Positions 20,965 to 30,387 of a stretch of 64,000 nucleotides of DNA are shown piece after piece. Both the position numbers and the translations under genes were made by a program. Position 1 is the first letter of the stretch; each line of letters starts with the position of its first letter. The stretch lies in the NCBI GenBank assembly GCA_963841435.1, contig CAWJCS010000005.1, forward strand, positions 704,001 through 768,000. The letters are read 5' to 3'. The stretch comes from an uncultured delta proteobacterium (lineage in GTDB: Bacteria > Myxococcota_A > Polyangia > Polyangiales > Polyangiaceae). Below the pieces are notes generated by a model, which did no database searches, had not been told where the DNA came from, and saw only the letters and a list, made by a program, of their open reading frames with translations.

Positions 20965-22365
20965 TCAGTGGGGGATGAGACCGCCGAAGTAGGCGGCCGC
21001 GGCGGCAGCGATCGCCACGACGACCACGACGACGCCGATGAGGCCGCTCTTCTTCGATCGCCCGACGGCGCTCAGCACGTCCTCGGGCGGTGCGTCCACG
21101 GCGCTCGGAGAAGAGCCCGGCGGCGTCGGCAGCGGCGCCGTCGGTTGCAGCCCCGCGGGCGTCGGCCTGCGGGGCAGCGACGGGCCGTCGTCCTCGTCCT
21201 CGAGCGCGGCCAGGTTGCCGAGCTCGTAGCTCATCGGGGCGCGGTCCCGAGCCCGGGGCGGCTCAGCGGACATCTCGTCACCCCAGTTGTGCACGTCCTC
21301 GAACGAGCCGATGCTGACGGGCACGGCGCCGACCGTGCTCTTGCTGGCGCGGTCACCGCTTTCGAGCGAGGAGAACTCGAACAGCGCCTCGTCGATCAGC
21401 GAGCCGATGATCGCGCCCTTGTCGACCTTGTCCTTCTTCTTCTTCTGCCGCTCGCGCCAGATCGGTAGGACGAGCTGAGAAACGTCGAACGACGAGACGG
21501 CGCGACCGATCTGAAACAGGATCTGGTTGAGATCGCGGCCGAATTCGCGCGCAGTCTGGTAGCGCTTCGCTGGATCCTGCGTCAGGCTCTTCGCGAGCAC
21601 GCGCTCGAGCTCAGGGGGGACCTTCGGGTTGAATTGGCGAAGCGGCGGGATTTCCGCCCGCTGCACCATGCGCACCGTCTCGAGATCGGTGTCGCCGAGA
21701 AAGAGCCGCCGGCCGGCGAGCATCTCCCAGAGGATGATACCGACCGCGAACACGTCGGTGCGCGCGTCGACGGGCTGACCCTGGGCGGCTTCCGGCGACA
21801 GGTAGCTGAATTTTCCCTTGATGATGCCCGGCTCGCTGTGCTCGAGCTGGCTGTTCGCCTTGGCGAGACCAAAGTCCACGATTTTCACTTCACCGAACCG
21901 CGTGAGCAGCACGTTCGGCGGAGACATGTCGCGGTGCACGATGTGCAGGTTGCGGCCCTTGCTGTCGGTGAGCTCGTGGGCGTAGGCGAGGCCCTCGCAG
22001 ATGCGCACGCAGATGAGCGTCGCCTCCTCGACGGGGAACGGCTTGCCGCCCTTCTTCCGGTGCTCGATGACACCCTTGAGGTCGGAGCCGTCCACGAACT
22101 CCATGACGATGAAGTACGTGTTGTCGCCGACGCCGATGTCGAAGACCTGCACGCAGTTCGAATGGGAGAGGTGTGCCGACACGCGCGCCTCGTCGAGGAA
22201 CATCCCGATGAACTGCTTCTTCTCCGACAGGTGCGGCAGGACGCGCTTGATGGCGACGAGCTTCTTGAACCCCTCGAGGCCGGCGCTCTCGGCCCGGAAC
22301 ACCTCGGCCATGCCCCCCGCAGCGATGCGCTCGAGCACCTTGTAGCGCTGGGCGGGTTGGGCCAT
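20965..22365 (-). CDS. Hanks-type Ser/Thr protein kinase with a C-terminal TM anchor
   Basis: GGMAEV, VAIK, HRDMSPPN, DFG, GKFSYLSPE, DVFAVG; hydrophobic C-terminal helix. Confidence 0.95.
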   Translation of the reverse strand: MAQPAQRYKVLERIAAGGMAEVFRAESAGLEGFKKLVAIKRVLPHLSEKKQFIGMFLDEARVSAHLSHSNCVQVFDIGVGDNTYFIVMEFVDGSDLKGVIEHRKKGGKPFPVEEATLICVRICEGLAYAHELTDSKGRNLHIVHRDMSPPNVLLTRFGEVKIVDFGLAKANSQLEHSEPGIIKGKFSYLSPEAAQGQPVDARTDVFAVGIILWEMLAGRRLFLGDTDLETVRMVQRAEIPPLRQFNPKVPPELERVLAKSLTQDPAKRYQTAREFGRDLNQILFQIGRAVSSFDVSQLVLPIWRERQKKKKDKVDKGAIIGSLIDEALFEFSSLESGDRASKSTVGAVPVSIGSFEDVHNWGDEMSAEPPRARDRAPMSYELGNLAALEDEDDGPSLPRRPTPAGLQPTAPLPTPPGSSPSAVDAPPEDVLSAVGRSKKSGLIGVVVVVVAIAAAAAAYFGGLIPH

Positions 22366-22530
22366 CGACGATCGTCCACCACGCCCCAGGTGGGCGCGGC
22401 CAAAGAGCCTAAGGCCCCGGCTCCACGACGGTCAAGCGAGGGGGCGCTTCGCGGGGGCAGCCGGGAGACGCGAGAACGCGGAAACGTTCGCTTGACCCCT
22501 CGAAACGAACGTAGAAAGACTCCCTCCGCG

Positions 22531-22953
22531 ATGAGCGATCCGAGTCACCACGGCCCGAGCGGGGCGAGCGCCGGACACGACGACCATCACTACGACGGCA
22601 TTCCGACGAACGAGCCCGGTCCGGGCGAGCCGCGCACGCCGGGCTGGCTCACACTCCTCGGAGTGGTCCTCGTGCTGGGCCTCCTCTTCGCACTCGCACT
22701 GGGGAGCCCCGAGGGCGAGAAGACGGCCGTCGCGGCCGCCTCGCCGGACACGACAACGACGGCGGCCGCCGAAGCGCCGGCACCGCCGGCGCCGCCCGTG
22801 CGCCGGCCGCCACCCGCCATGCCCAATGGCACCGCGCCGCGTCCCGTCCCCATGCTGAGCGCGTTCCCCCGCGTGCCGCGTCCGCCGGGCGCGCCCCGTC
22901 CGGGACCGCGTCCGCCGCGCGCCCCAAATGCCCGTCCTCCCGCCGCCCAATAG
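22531..22953 (+). CDS. Small single-TM protein, His-rich N-terminus and Pro-rich C-terminus
   Basis: MSDPSHHG...HDDHHYDGIP...PRTPGWLTLLGVVLVLGLLFALALG then a Pro/Arg-rich tail; normal codon bias. Confidence 0.7.
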   Translation: MSDPSHHGPSGASAGHDDHHYDGIPTNEPGPGEPRTPGWLTLLGVVLVLGLLFALALGSPEGEKTAVAAASPDTTTTAAAEAPAPPAPPVRRPPPAMPNGTAPRPVPMLSAFPRVPRPPGAPRPGPRPPRAPNARPPAAQ

Positions 22954-23025
22954 CGCGTGGTCCGAGCGGGCAGCCGGCCCTCGCCTTTGTGCTCGGGCTG
23001 TGCAAGGCTCCCGCTCCCTTTTCCC

Positions 23026-23098
23026 GGGGCCGTAGCTCAGCTGGGAGAGCGCATGACTGGCAGTCATGAGGTCTGGGGTTCGATCCCCCACGGCTCCA
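23026..23098 (+). tRNA. tRNA-Ala(GGC), CCA not encoded
   Basis: Acceptor GGGGCCG/CGGCTCC with G3:U70, anticodon arm CATGA-CTGGCAG-TCATG, T arm TGGGG-TTCGATC-CCCCA. Confidence 0.96.
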
Positions 23099-23111
23099 CC
23101 CCGTCACCGCT

Positions 23112-24131
23112 TCACGCGGTGCGCGAGGCCGTCGCGAGGCGCACGCCGAGCTCGATGGCGTGCATCATGCCGCGCGGATCGGCCTTTCGCTGCCAGGCGA
23201 TGTCGTAGGCAGTGCCGTGGTCCACGCTCGTGCGCACGATCGAAAGGCCCATCGTGACGTTCACCGCCTCACCGAAGGCCACGAGCTTCATCGGGATGGT
23301 CGCCTGGTCGTGGTACATCGCGACGACGCCGTCGTAGACGCCGGCGCGCGCCTTGCGAAAGGCCGTCTCGGCACCGAGCGGCCCCGTGATCTCGAGGCGT
23401 GCCGAGCGCCGGCGGGCCCGCGCGACACCCGGCGCGATCGCGCGGCGCTCCTCGGCTCCGAACATCTCGCCCTCGCCGGCGTGCGGGTTGAGCGACGCCA
23501 CGACGATCTTCGGGTGGCGATGGCCGAGCCGCTCGAGCAATCTGCCGAGCTCCACGGTGGCGAGCGCCACGCGCGCTGGCGTGAGGAGCGAGGGCACCTT
23601 CGCGAGCGGCACGTGCGTCGTCACGAGGCTCGTCGCGAGCCCGCCGCCGACGAAGCACATCACGCTCCCGCGCGCGTGATCGAGGCGCTCGAGCCATTCG
23701 GTGTGTCCCGTGAACCGCTTGGCGTCGGGAGCGCCCGAGGTGGCGACGGCATGCTTGCTCACGGGCCCCGTGACGAGCGCGCTTCTCGGCGTGCGCACGG
23801 CGAGCTGGTACGCCGCGTTCACGGCGAGAAGCTGTGCGGCCCCCGCCTGACGCCCGGGACGCCCGGGACGCCGGGCGGCACGTGGCAACGGCGGCCCCGC
23901 CTGCACCACGCCGATGCTGCCGGGTTGCGGCGGTGAGCCGTCGAAGGGCGTGAGGCGACGCTCGGCCACGCGGACGAGCGCCGCGGCCTCGAGCAGCGTG
24001 CCGATGTCGCCCACGATCACGGTGGGCACGCCGCGCAGGCGTGCCGCGGCCAGGACGCTCACCTCGGGGCCGATTCCCGAGGGGCACCCCATCGACACGA
24101 TCGCCATGGTCCTCGACGCGCGCTTGGCCAT
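23112..24131 (-). CDS. pdxA: 4-hydroxythreonine-4-phosphate dehydrogenase
   Basis: G.P.GIGPE, VTGPVSK, GHTE, TTHVPL, LNPHAGE, AMYHDQ, RTSVDHGTAYDIA. Confidence 0.95.
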   Translation of the reverse strand: MAKRASRTMAIVSMGCPSGIGPEVSVLAAARLRGVPTVIVGDIGTLLEAAALVRVAERRLTPFDGSPPQPGSIGVVQAGPPLPRAARRPGRPGRQAGAAQLLAVNAAYQLAVRTPRSALVTGPVSKHAVATSGAPDAKRFTGHTEWLERLDHARGSVMCFVGGGLATSLVTTHVPLAKVPSLLTPARVALATVELGRLLERLGHRHPKIVVASLNPHAGEGEMFGAEERRAIAPGVARARRRSARLEITGPLGAETAFRKARAGVYDGVVAMYHDQATIPMKLVAFGEAVNVTMGLSIVRTSVDHGTAYDIAWQRKADPRGMMHAIELGVRLATASRTA

Positions 24132-24166
24132 CGAAGAAAGCGTAGCACCGGGCCCAGCGGGACCCC

Positions 24167-24922
24167 TCAGCCTTCGCTGGCCTCAACGTCCCGGCTGCGC
24201 GACGATGAGTCGTCGGCGTCGGGGGCACGCAGCTTGTAGCCGGAGCCCCGCAGGGTCTCGAGGGGCAAGGCCGGGCCGAGCTTCGCGCGCAGGCGGCGCA
24301 CGTGGATGTCAACGGTACGCGGACCGCCCTCGTAGCGGTTGCCCCACACGCGCGCGAGCAAGTGTTCGCGCGAGAGCACCTTGCCGCGCCGCTCGCAGAG
24401 GTACGCGAGCAGCGCGAACTCCTTCGCGGTGAGCGGTACGGAGCGGCCGTCAACGTAAACCTCGTGGCCGGCCTTGTCGACGACGATGCCGGCAACCTTG
24501 TGCCGCTCCTCCGTCGCAAACTCGCTACGCCGCCACTCGAGCGCGCGAATGCGCCCGTAGAGCTCCTCCGGCACGTAGGGGTGCAACACGAAGTCGTCGA
24601 AGCCGCTCGACGGTTCGATGCGCGCGATCTGCCCGACGGTCACGGCAATGATCGCTCCCACGTTGTCGAAGTAGGGCTCTTTGCGCACCGCGCGTAGCGC
24701 TGCCACCGCGAGGTCCGGTCGATCGAGAGCTTCGAAAACGAGTGCACGGGGGCGAATCTCGAGCTCGTCGTCGTCGTCGTCGATGAGATTGACCGGATCG
24801 TCCCACAGGTCCAGCGTGCGCACGGTGGAGCCGAGCTGGCGCAGCGTGGTCGCCGCGCCCTCCTCGCGCTCGAGCATCGGACCGTGCCCCACGACGGCCA
24901 CGAAGCTCTTCGGTCGACCCAG
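24167..24922 (-). CDS. OmpR-family winged-helix regulator with an atypical (pseudo-)receiver, GlnR-like
   Basis: C-terminal LTAKEF.LL..L....G.V.SRE.LL..VWG..Y.GG.RTVDIHVRRLRAKLG; receiver has E in place of the phospho-Asp and HP in place of KP. Start uncertain (CTG 24922, GTG 24901, or an ATG inside tldD). Confidence 0.85.
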   Translation of the reverse strand: MGRPKSFVAVVGHGPMLEREEGAATTLRQLGSTVRTLDLWDDPVNLIDDDDDELEIRPRALVFEALDRPDLAVAALRAVRKEPYFDNVGAIIAVTVGQIARIEPSSGFDDFVLHPYVPEELYGRIRALEWRRSEFATEERHKVAGIVVDKAGHEVYVDGRSVPLTAKEFALLAYLCERRGKVLSREHLLARVWGNRYEGGPRTVDIHVRRLRAKLGPALPLETLRGSGYKLRAPDADDSSSRSRDVEASEG

Positions 24923-24926
24923 GGCT

Positions 24927-26387
24927 TTATCGAGTGATTTCGGTGCCGCCAACGGTAATCCGCCCGATTTTGAGGGTTGGGCAGCCGACTCCGACGGGTA
25001 CGCTCTGTCCATCTTTTCCGCAGGTCCAGATTCCATCTGAGAGGGCTACGTCGTTACCCAGCATGCTTACCTCGCGCAATGTTTCGGGACCGTTGCCAAT
25101 AAGGTTCACGTTTTTCAAAGGTGCAGTCAGTTGTCCGTTCTCGATGAGATAGCTCTCCGTGAGCGAGAACACGAAGTCCCCATTCGAGATATCCACCTGA
25201 CCGCCGCCGAACGTACGCGCGTAGATCCCACGAGAAACACTCTTAATGATGTCTTCCGGCGCTTCGGTCCCGGCCAGTAAGACGGTATTGGTCATGCGGG
25301 GCATGGGAGCGCAGGCGAAGCTTTCGCGTCGGCCGTTGCCGGTCGGACCCACGTGGAAGTGCCGCGCTGACAATCGATCCTGCAAGTACCCGAGCAGCCG
25401 ACCGTTTTCGATGAGGACGGTGCGCTCGGGTGTCACGCCTTCGTCATCGACGTTGATCGAGCCGCGGCTCTGCAAAAACGTGGGGTCGTCAACGACGGTA
25501 CAGAGCCCGCTCGCGACGAGCTCGCCGACCTGGCCGCTGTAGTTGCTCGTGCCCTTGCGGTTGAAGTCGGCTTCGAGCCCGTGACCCACGGCCTCGTGGA
25601 GGAGGATGCCGCTGTCTCCGGGGCTCAATACCACGGGCATTTGCCCGGCTGGCGCGGGGCGGGCGTCGAGCAGGACCAGGGCTTGGCGCGCCGCCTCCGC
25701 CGCATGCATCTCGGGGGTCTTGTCGTCGAAGTACGCGAGGGTCTTTCGCCCCCCGCCCCCGCTGCGGCCCGACTCGCGACGCCCCCCCTGCTCGGCCACG
25801 GCCGACACACCGAAGCGAAGCAGCGGCTGCACGTCGTACGCCGAACGCCCGTCGCTCGTGATCACGAGGATCTCGCGAATCTCTTCGGCGAAGGTGACGC
25901 TCACCTTGACGATGCGCGGGTCGAAGGCGTGGGCGGCTCGGCTCGCGCGCTCGAGCAAGGCGCGCTTCTCGAGGCCGGCGACGTCGATGCTCGGGACGTC
26001 GAGCCCGTAGCGATCGGGCAGCGTGAGGGGTTCGATCGCGACGGGCTCGAGCGTGGCGCCCGAGCTCGCGATGCGAGCTGCCGTTTCGGCGGCGCGCTGC
26101 ATCGACTCCCACTCGAGATCCTCCACGTGGGCGTAGCCCGTGGCGTCGCCCTTTTGTACGCGCACGCCGAGACCCAGGCTCACGCCGCGCGACGCGCTAC
26201 GCGTGATGCCCTCCTCGAAGGTGAGCCCGCCGCCGGCCCGGTACTCGAAGAACAGATCCGCGTACTCGCCGCCGCGCGAGAGGGCGATGCCGAGCAGTCG
26301 GGTGGCGAGGTCGTCGCCGATGGAGTGGCTTCCACCGGCACCGAACGGGGCGAAATAGCGCGAGGAGCGGGTCACGACTCCAAGCAT
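24927..26387 (-). CDS. tldD: TldD metalloprotease
   Basis: LLHEAVGHGLEAD, DDEG, TGNGRRES....P.PRMTNT, GGQV....G.F.F, TCGKDGQSVPVG.G.PT. Confidence 0.95.
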   Translation of the reverse strand: MLGVVTRSSRYFAPFGAGGSHSIGDDLATRLLGIALSRGGEYADLFFEYRAGGGLTFEEGITRSASRGVSLGLGVRVQKGDATGYAHVEDLEWESMQRAAETAARIASSGATLEPVAIEPLTLPDRYGLDVPSIDVAGLEKRALLERASRAAHAFDPRIVKVSVTFAEEIREILVITSDGRSAYDVQPLLRFGVSAVAEQGGRRESGRSGGGGRKTLAYFDDKTPEMHAAEAARQALVLLDARPAPAGQMPVVLSPGDSGILLHEAVGHGLEADFNRKGTSNYSGQVGELVASGLCTVVDDPTFLQSRGSINVDDEGVTPERTVLIENGRLLGYLQDRLSARHFHVGPTGNGRRESFACAPMPRMTNTVLLAGTEAPEDIIKSVSRGIYARTFGGGQVDISNGDFVFSLTESYLIENGQLTAPLKNVNLIGNGPETLREVSMLGNDVALSDGIWTCGKDGQSVPVGVGCPTLKIGRITVGGTEITR

Positions 26388-26418
26388 AAGGCCGGAGGCC
26401 CCGCGCCGCGAGTGTGGG

Positions 26419-28128
26419 TCAGCCGGGCTGTCTCAGCTCGACGACGAGGGGCGCGGGGGAGGGGAACGCGGGCTCGTCAACCTTCGGGGCCACGATCGAC
26501 TCGAGCCACGCGAGATGGGGCCGGATGCGATACCAGATGCTCCGTTCGGGCGTCCGGAAGGCCTCGAACTGCCAGGTTTGCAAGAGCGGCCGGCCGGGAT
26601 TGCCCGCGAGAACGATGGGCTGCCCCGTGAGCGGATCGGTCTCGTACACGAAGAACGAGTGAAAGTGCATGATCCGCGGCTTCCAGGGCTTGTCCCAGGG
26701 CGCGTAGCCGCGAATGAGAACGACGTCCCCGACTTGGAAACGGTCGGCCTCGCTCACGAGGGAGTCGGAGAGGCGTCGCGGGAACTTGAACGGCACGCGG
26801 TCGGCCTCGGGCACCTCGTAGAAATCGAACGACTCTGGATGGGCGCGTGCGTAATCGACGACGCTCGTTGCCCGACGCATGGTCTGGTCCTCGAGGGTTT
26901 TGAAGTCGAGACGACCGACGACGCGCTCGCGAGGAGCGCCACGGCGCCGCCACCAAGTACCACTCGCGCGCTCGAAAGTGTCGAAAACGAAGTCGACGCA
27001 CACTTCCGGAACGAGCGGCTGCCCGGCGTACCCGAACACCTGGTAGCGGTCCTTGTTGAACACGTAGTCGTTCTGACCGGCGTCGTAGGCCATGCGCCAG
27101 CGCGGGCGGAGCTTGCCGTCTTGCTGACCGTACTCGGTCAGGGGCTCGTCGAACGGCAGACCGTCGGCGATGCCGTCGGCGATGGCGCTCCGAAGCCCTG
27201 AAAGCACGGGCTTTCTGCGTTCGTGCTCGGCGCGAACGGCCGTGACGACCGAGGCGGCTTCGGCGCTCGGCGCCTCGCACTCGAGCTCGAGGTGTGCCCC
27301 CTGGGAGCGCAGCAGCGTACGGACCCAAACGCTCCGATAGCGCAGATCGGCGACGATGGCGTGCTCGCCCAGCCACACGAGCTTCGCGCGGTCGAAGCCG
27401 AGCCGCTCGCGCAACGCCCGGAAGTCGCGGTGCAGCGGCGGGGCCGGCGTACCGGTGCCGATGCGATCGAAGAGCAGGAGCTTGACGGGCTGACCCCGCT
27501 CGGGCCCGTCGGCGTACTCGTACTTGCCTGCCTTCGTGCGCACGGCCGTCAAGGTTCGCTCGCCGCGCTGGATCCAGATTTCCCTATCGCTGAAGAGCTG
27601 CTGCGCGGCGACGAGATCGACGAGCGCGAACGCGAGCTCCGGTTTTTCGGCGTAGAGGTACCCTTCACGCAGGAGCACCGAGCGACCGAGCTCCGGATTC
27701 GCGGAGAACACGCCCCAGAGGCGCTGCAGGTTGCTCCAGGGCGAGCCCGTCGTCGCTAGCAGCTGGCGATAGGCCTCGGACACGGCCCCACTGTGGGCGG
27801 GGGGCAGCGGTGTCCGCACGAACGCCGTGGGCTCGGCCTTCGTGTAAAGCAGCACGACGGCGCGGTTCTTGTCGAGTTTTGGCGTACCGGGCAGCGGGTG
27901 CTCCGCCAGCGCTTGCGCGAGCTGTCGCTCGCAGCTCAACGCGGGCGGGAGGAAATCCTCGGGTGGCTCCGGCGTGGGCGTATCGCGCAGCGGCGCCGGC
28001 ACGCGCGCGGCGAGCGGCGATGTTAGGCTCTCGGGAAACGCGCGCGCCGGCTCCGACCGCCCGCCGGTAACGGCGACCGCAGCGATGCCCCAGAACAGGG
28101 CGTGCACGAGCTGGAGGGGAGTGCGCAT
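26419..28128 (-). CDS. Secreted hypothetical protein with a putative C-terminal papain-like (NlpC/P60- or DUF1287-like) Cys-His domain
   Basis: Signal-like N-terminus; EVCVDFVFD...FQVGDVVLI...HFHSFFVYE spacing resembles NlpC/P60 catalytic motifs (inference). Confidence 0.65.
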   Translation of the reverse strand: MRTPLQLVHALFWGIAAVAVTGGRSEPARAFPESLTSPLAARVPAPLRDTPTPEPPEDFLPPALSCERQLAQALAEHPLPGTPKLDKNRAVVLLYTKAEPTAFVRTPLPPAHSGAVSEAYRQLLATTGSPWSNLQRLWGVFSANPELGRSVLLREGYLYAEKPELAFALVDLVAAQQLFSDREIWIQRGERTLTAVRTKAGKYEYADGPERGQPVKLLLFDRIGTGTPAPPLHRDFRALRERLGFDRAKLVWLGEHAIVADLRYRSVWVRTLLRSQGAHLELECEAPSAEAASVVTAVRAEHERRKPVLSGLRSAIADGIADGLPFDEPLTEYGQQDGKLRPRWRMAYDAGQNDYVFNKDRYQVFGYAGQPLVPEVCVDFVFDTFERASGTWWRRRGAPRERVVGRLDFKTLEDQTMRRATSVVDYARAHPESFDFYEVPEADRVPFKFPRRLSDSLVSEADRFQVGDVVLIRGYAPWDKPWKPRIMHFHSFFVYETDPLTGQPIVLAGNPGRPLLQTWQFEAFRTPERSIWYRIRPHLAWLESIVAPKVDEPAFPSPAPLVVELRQPG

Positions 28129-28244
28129 GAAACCGCGAGGAGGGCGGTATTCGCCCCCATGCTACAAAGTGTGCGGCCCGAGAGGCCTCGGCGCAAGCAT
28201 TGCGCCCGCTCGGGTGTCGTCCCGAGACCTACACCGCGGGCTCG

Positions 28245-30302
28245 CTAGTCGACGAGCTTCGAGAGCAGCCGGACGTAGGACGCCTGGTAGTAGATGGCAG
28301 GCTCGGTGAGCTCCCAGGACTTGTCGTACGGGTTCGACGGCTCGTAGCTCGTGTTCGAGTCGAGATAGGCCTTCTCGGGCGGCTGATCGCGGACGGGAGA
28401 CTTCGCGCAGGCGTGCTCCTTCGGGTCCTGACCCTCGCAGTAGCTCTTGTTGGGGCCGCCCGTGACGTAGCCTGGCGCGGGACCGAGCTCGGAGGTGCGC
28501 GCGTTGTCCCACTTGGGGTCCTTGTCGCGAAACCACGTGTGATACGCCTCGTCGGCGCAGGCGTCGCCACCCACGGCGTACATGTTCGTGAGGTAGACGA
28601 GCTGCATCGGGTTGACGCCGTGGAACGAGCTCACGATGCCGGCGACCCGCTCCTCGATGCTCGCACGCGCCGCCGGCTCGACGAGCCCGTGCTGGACGAG
28701 ATCGTAGTTGGTGTTGCCGAAAGCCGCCCGCGCGTTGTTGCTACCCCAGTGGTAGGAGTCCTTTCGCATGTATGCACGGTAGAGATCGAGCTCCGGGCGA
28801 AACCCGTAAATCTCGACACTCGCCGCCTGGGCCTTCTTGCGCTCGACGATGGCCTTCTTGGTGGCGGGGTCGGCCTTCGGAAGATCTGCGTAGTAGAGCA
28901 GGGCGTCGCCCTGGCTCTGGTCATAGACGGACCAGCGGTCGTCTTGGAACGGGCGCGTCTCGGTGAAGTGGGCGTTCACGTAGTCGCCGTAGGCGGCGTC
29001 ACCCGTGAGCGCGAACAGGTACACGGCAGAGGCGACGGCAGCCTGGTCTTGCTCCTTCTGCGAGCGGTCGGCGTCGCCCGACTTGATGGTGCCGTCGTCG
29101 CAGGCGTCGCTCTTCGGATGGGTCTGGTAGTACTGCCAGGCGCTCTTCGCGCGCGCGACGAGCTTCGGGACCTCGGCCTTGAAGCGCGGGAACCGCTCGA
29201 GGACGAGCGCGGCGTGAGCGAGCTCCCCCGCCATGACGATGGTCGAGGAGGAGCAGGGCTCCGGGTAGTAGTAGCGCAGGAATTTGCTCTGATCGGGCAC
29301 GGGATCGCCATACTCGACGTTGCCCATCTTGATGAGCGCACCGCCCTTCAGGTCGGCGGGCTGCATCTTCTTCAGCCACTCGAGCTCGACCACGATTTCG
29401 TCGATGAGGTCGGGCAGCCCGTTGCCGGATTCGGGGATGCCGAAGTCGTCGCCGAAGGTCTTCGGACGCTCCTCGTAGGCCGTGAGAAGCTGGTGAAACG
29501 CGTCGTTCGAGAAGGTCACGTACTTGTCGGTGTCGCCGGCGTCCCACCAGCCGCCGCTGAGGTCGCGCGCGGTCTTCGGGTTTTCGCGATCGGTAACACT
29601 GCGCGCCTCGCGGTCCTGGCCCTTGCCGACGTAGTCCGCGCCGAGCGACCAGCAGCGCTTCCCGACGCACGAATACGGCGGCTTCTTCGCGAAGTTCGCG
29701 CGATTGAAGTAGAAGGCCTTGAATGCGCTGACGAGCACGCTCCTGTAGACGTTCGCGGCGATCTCGAAGGGGTGGGAGCGGACGGCGTTCTTCGAGTCGA
29801 ACACGTAGTAGAGGCCCGGCTCCTTCAGGCTCGAGAAGTCGAACCAGGCGCCGCGATCGCCCGCCGTGTCGTCGAGCGCACCGCCGTTCCAGGGCGTGCT
29901 CGGCGCGTGGAAGACGACCGCGCCGTCCGACCACTTGCGAACCTCGAGCTCGGGGCCCGGCGAGTACGCGTCGGCCGCGTTCCAGCCGACCTCGGGGTTC
30001 ACGAGCACGGCGACCTTCTTCATCTCGGGCCGGTAGCCGAACTGATCGACGACGATGTAGCGCTGCAAGGTCACGGCGAGGCCCTGGCCGGGCGGCGGCG
30101 AAACGGGAGGCGGACCCTTGGGCGCTGCCGGATACGGAAACGACGCTCTCGTCGAAGGGGCTCTAGCCGTGGGCGCGGGGCTCGGGGTCGCGGCGGGCGG
30201 CGGGGCGGCGGGCGCGGCCGCGGGCTCGGGCGCCATGCAGCCGGAAAGCACGAGCGGCGGCAGCAGCCGGGCGACGAACGGCAGACGGAGGGAACGGGAC
30301 AT
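28245..30302 (-). CDS. Glycoside hydrolase family 9 (endoglucanase-type) lipoprotein with an N-terminal Ig-like domain
   Basis: Lipobox VLSGC; VDQFGY.P...K.AV (Ig-like N domain); DLSGGWWDAGD; IPESGNG.PD..DE; PGYVTGGPN; WELTEPAIYYQA (catalytic Glu). Confidence 0.93.
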   Translation of the reverse strand: MSRSLRLPFVARLLPPLVLSGCMAPEPAAAPAAPPPAATPSPAPTARAPSTRASFPYPAAPKGPPPVSPPPGQGLAVTLQRYIVVDQFGYRPEMKKVAVLVNPEVGWNAADAYSPGPELEVRKWSDGAVVFHAPSTPWNGGALDDTAGDRGAWFDFSSLKEPGLYYVFDSKNAVRSHPFEIAANVYRSVLVSAFKAFYFNRANFAKKPPYSCVGKRCWSLGADYVGKGQDREARSVTDRENPKTARDLSGGWWDAGDTDKYVTFSNDAFHQLLTAYEERPKTFGDDFGIPESGNGLPDLIDEIVVELEWLKKMQPADLKGGALIKMGNVEYGDPVPDQSKFLRYYYPEPCSSSTIVMAGELAHAALVLERFPRFKAEVPKLVARAKSAWQYYQTHPKSDACDDGTIKSGDADRSQKEQDQAAVASAVYLFALTGDAAYGDYVNAHFTETRPFQDDRWSVYDQSQGDALLYYADLPKADPATKKAIVERKKAQAASVEIYGFRPELDLYRAYMRKDSYHWGSNNARAAFGNTNYDLVQHGLVEPAARASIEERVAGIVSSFHGVNPMQLVYLTNMYAVGGDACADEAYHTWFRDKDPKWDNARTSELGPAPGYVTGGPNKSYCEGQDPKEHACAKSPVRDQPPEKAYLDSNTSYEPSNPYDKSWELTEPAIYYQASYVRLLSKLVD

Positions 30303-30387
30303 CGGCTCTCCTGGCTGGGGAAGATAGGGGCGCGCAGGATAGCCCAGGAGTCCGGTGCGCTCGCAAGCGTCGAGGCCGTGGCCGCGC

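Noticed and set aside
22418-22426. CGGCTCCAC matching the tRNA-Ala 3' end (possible att site)
   Set aside because: Only 9 GC-rich bp, on the upstream side of the tRNA, with no integrase in the window.
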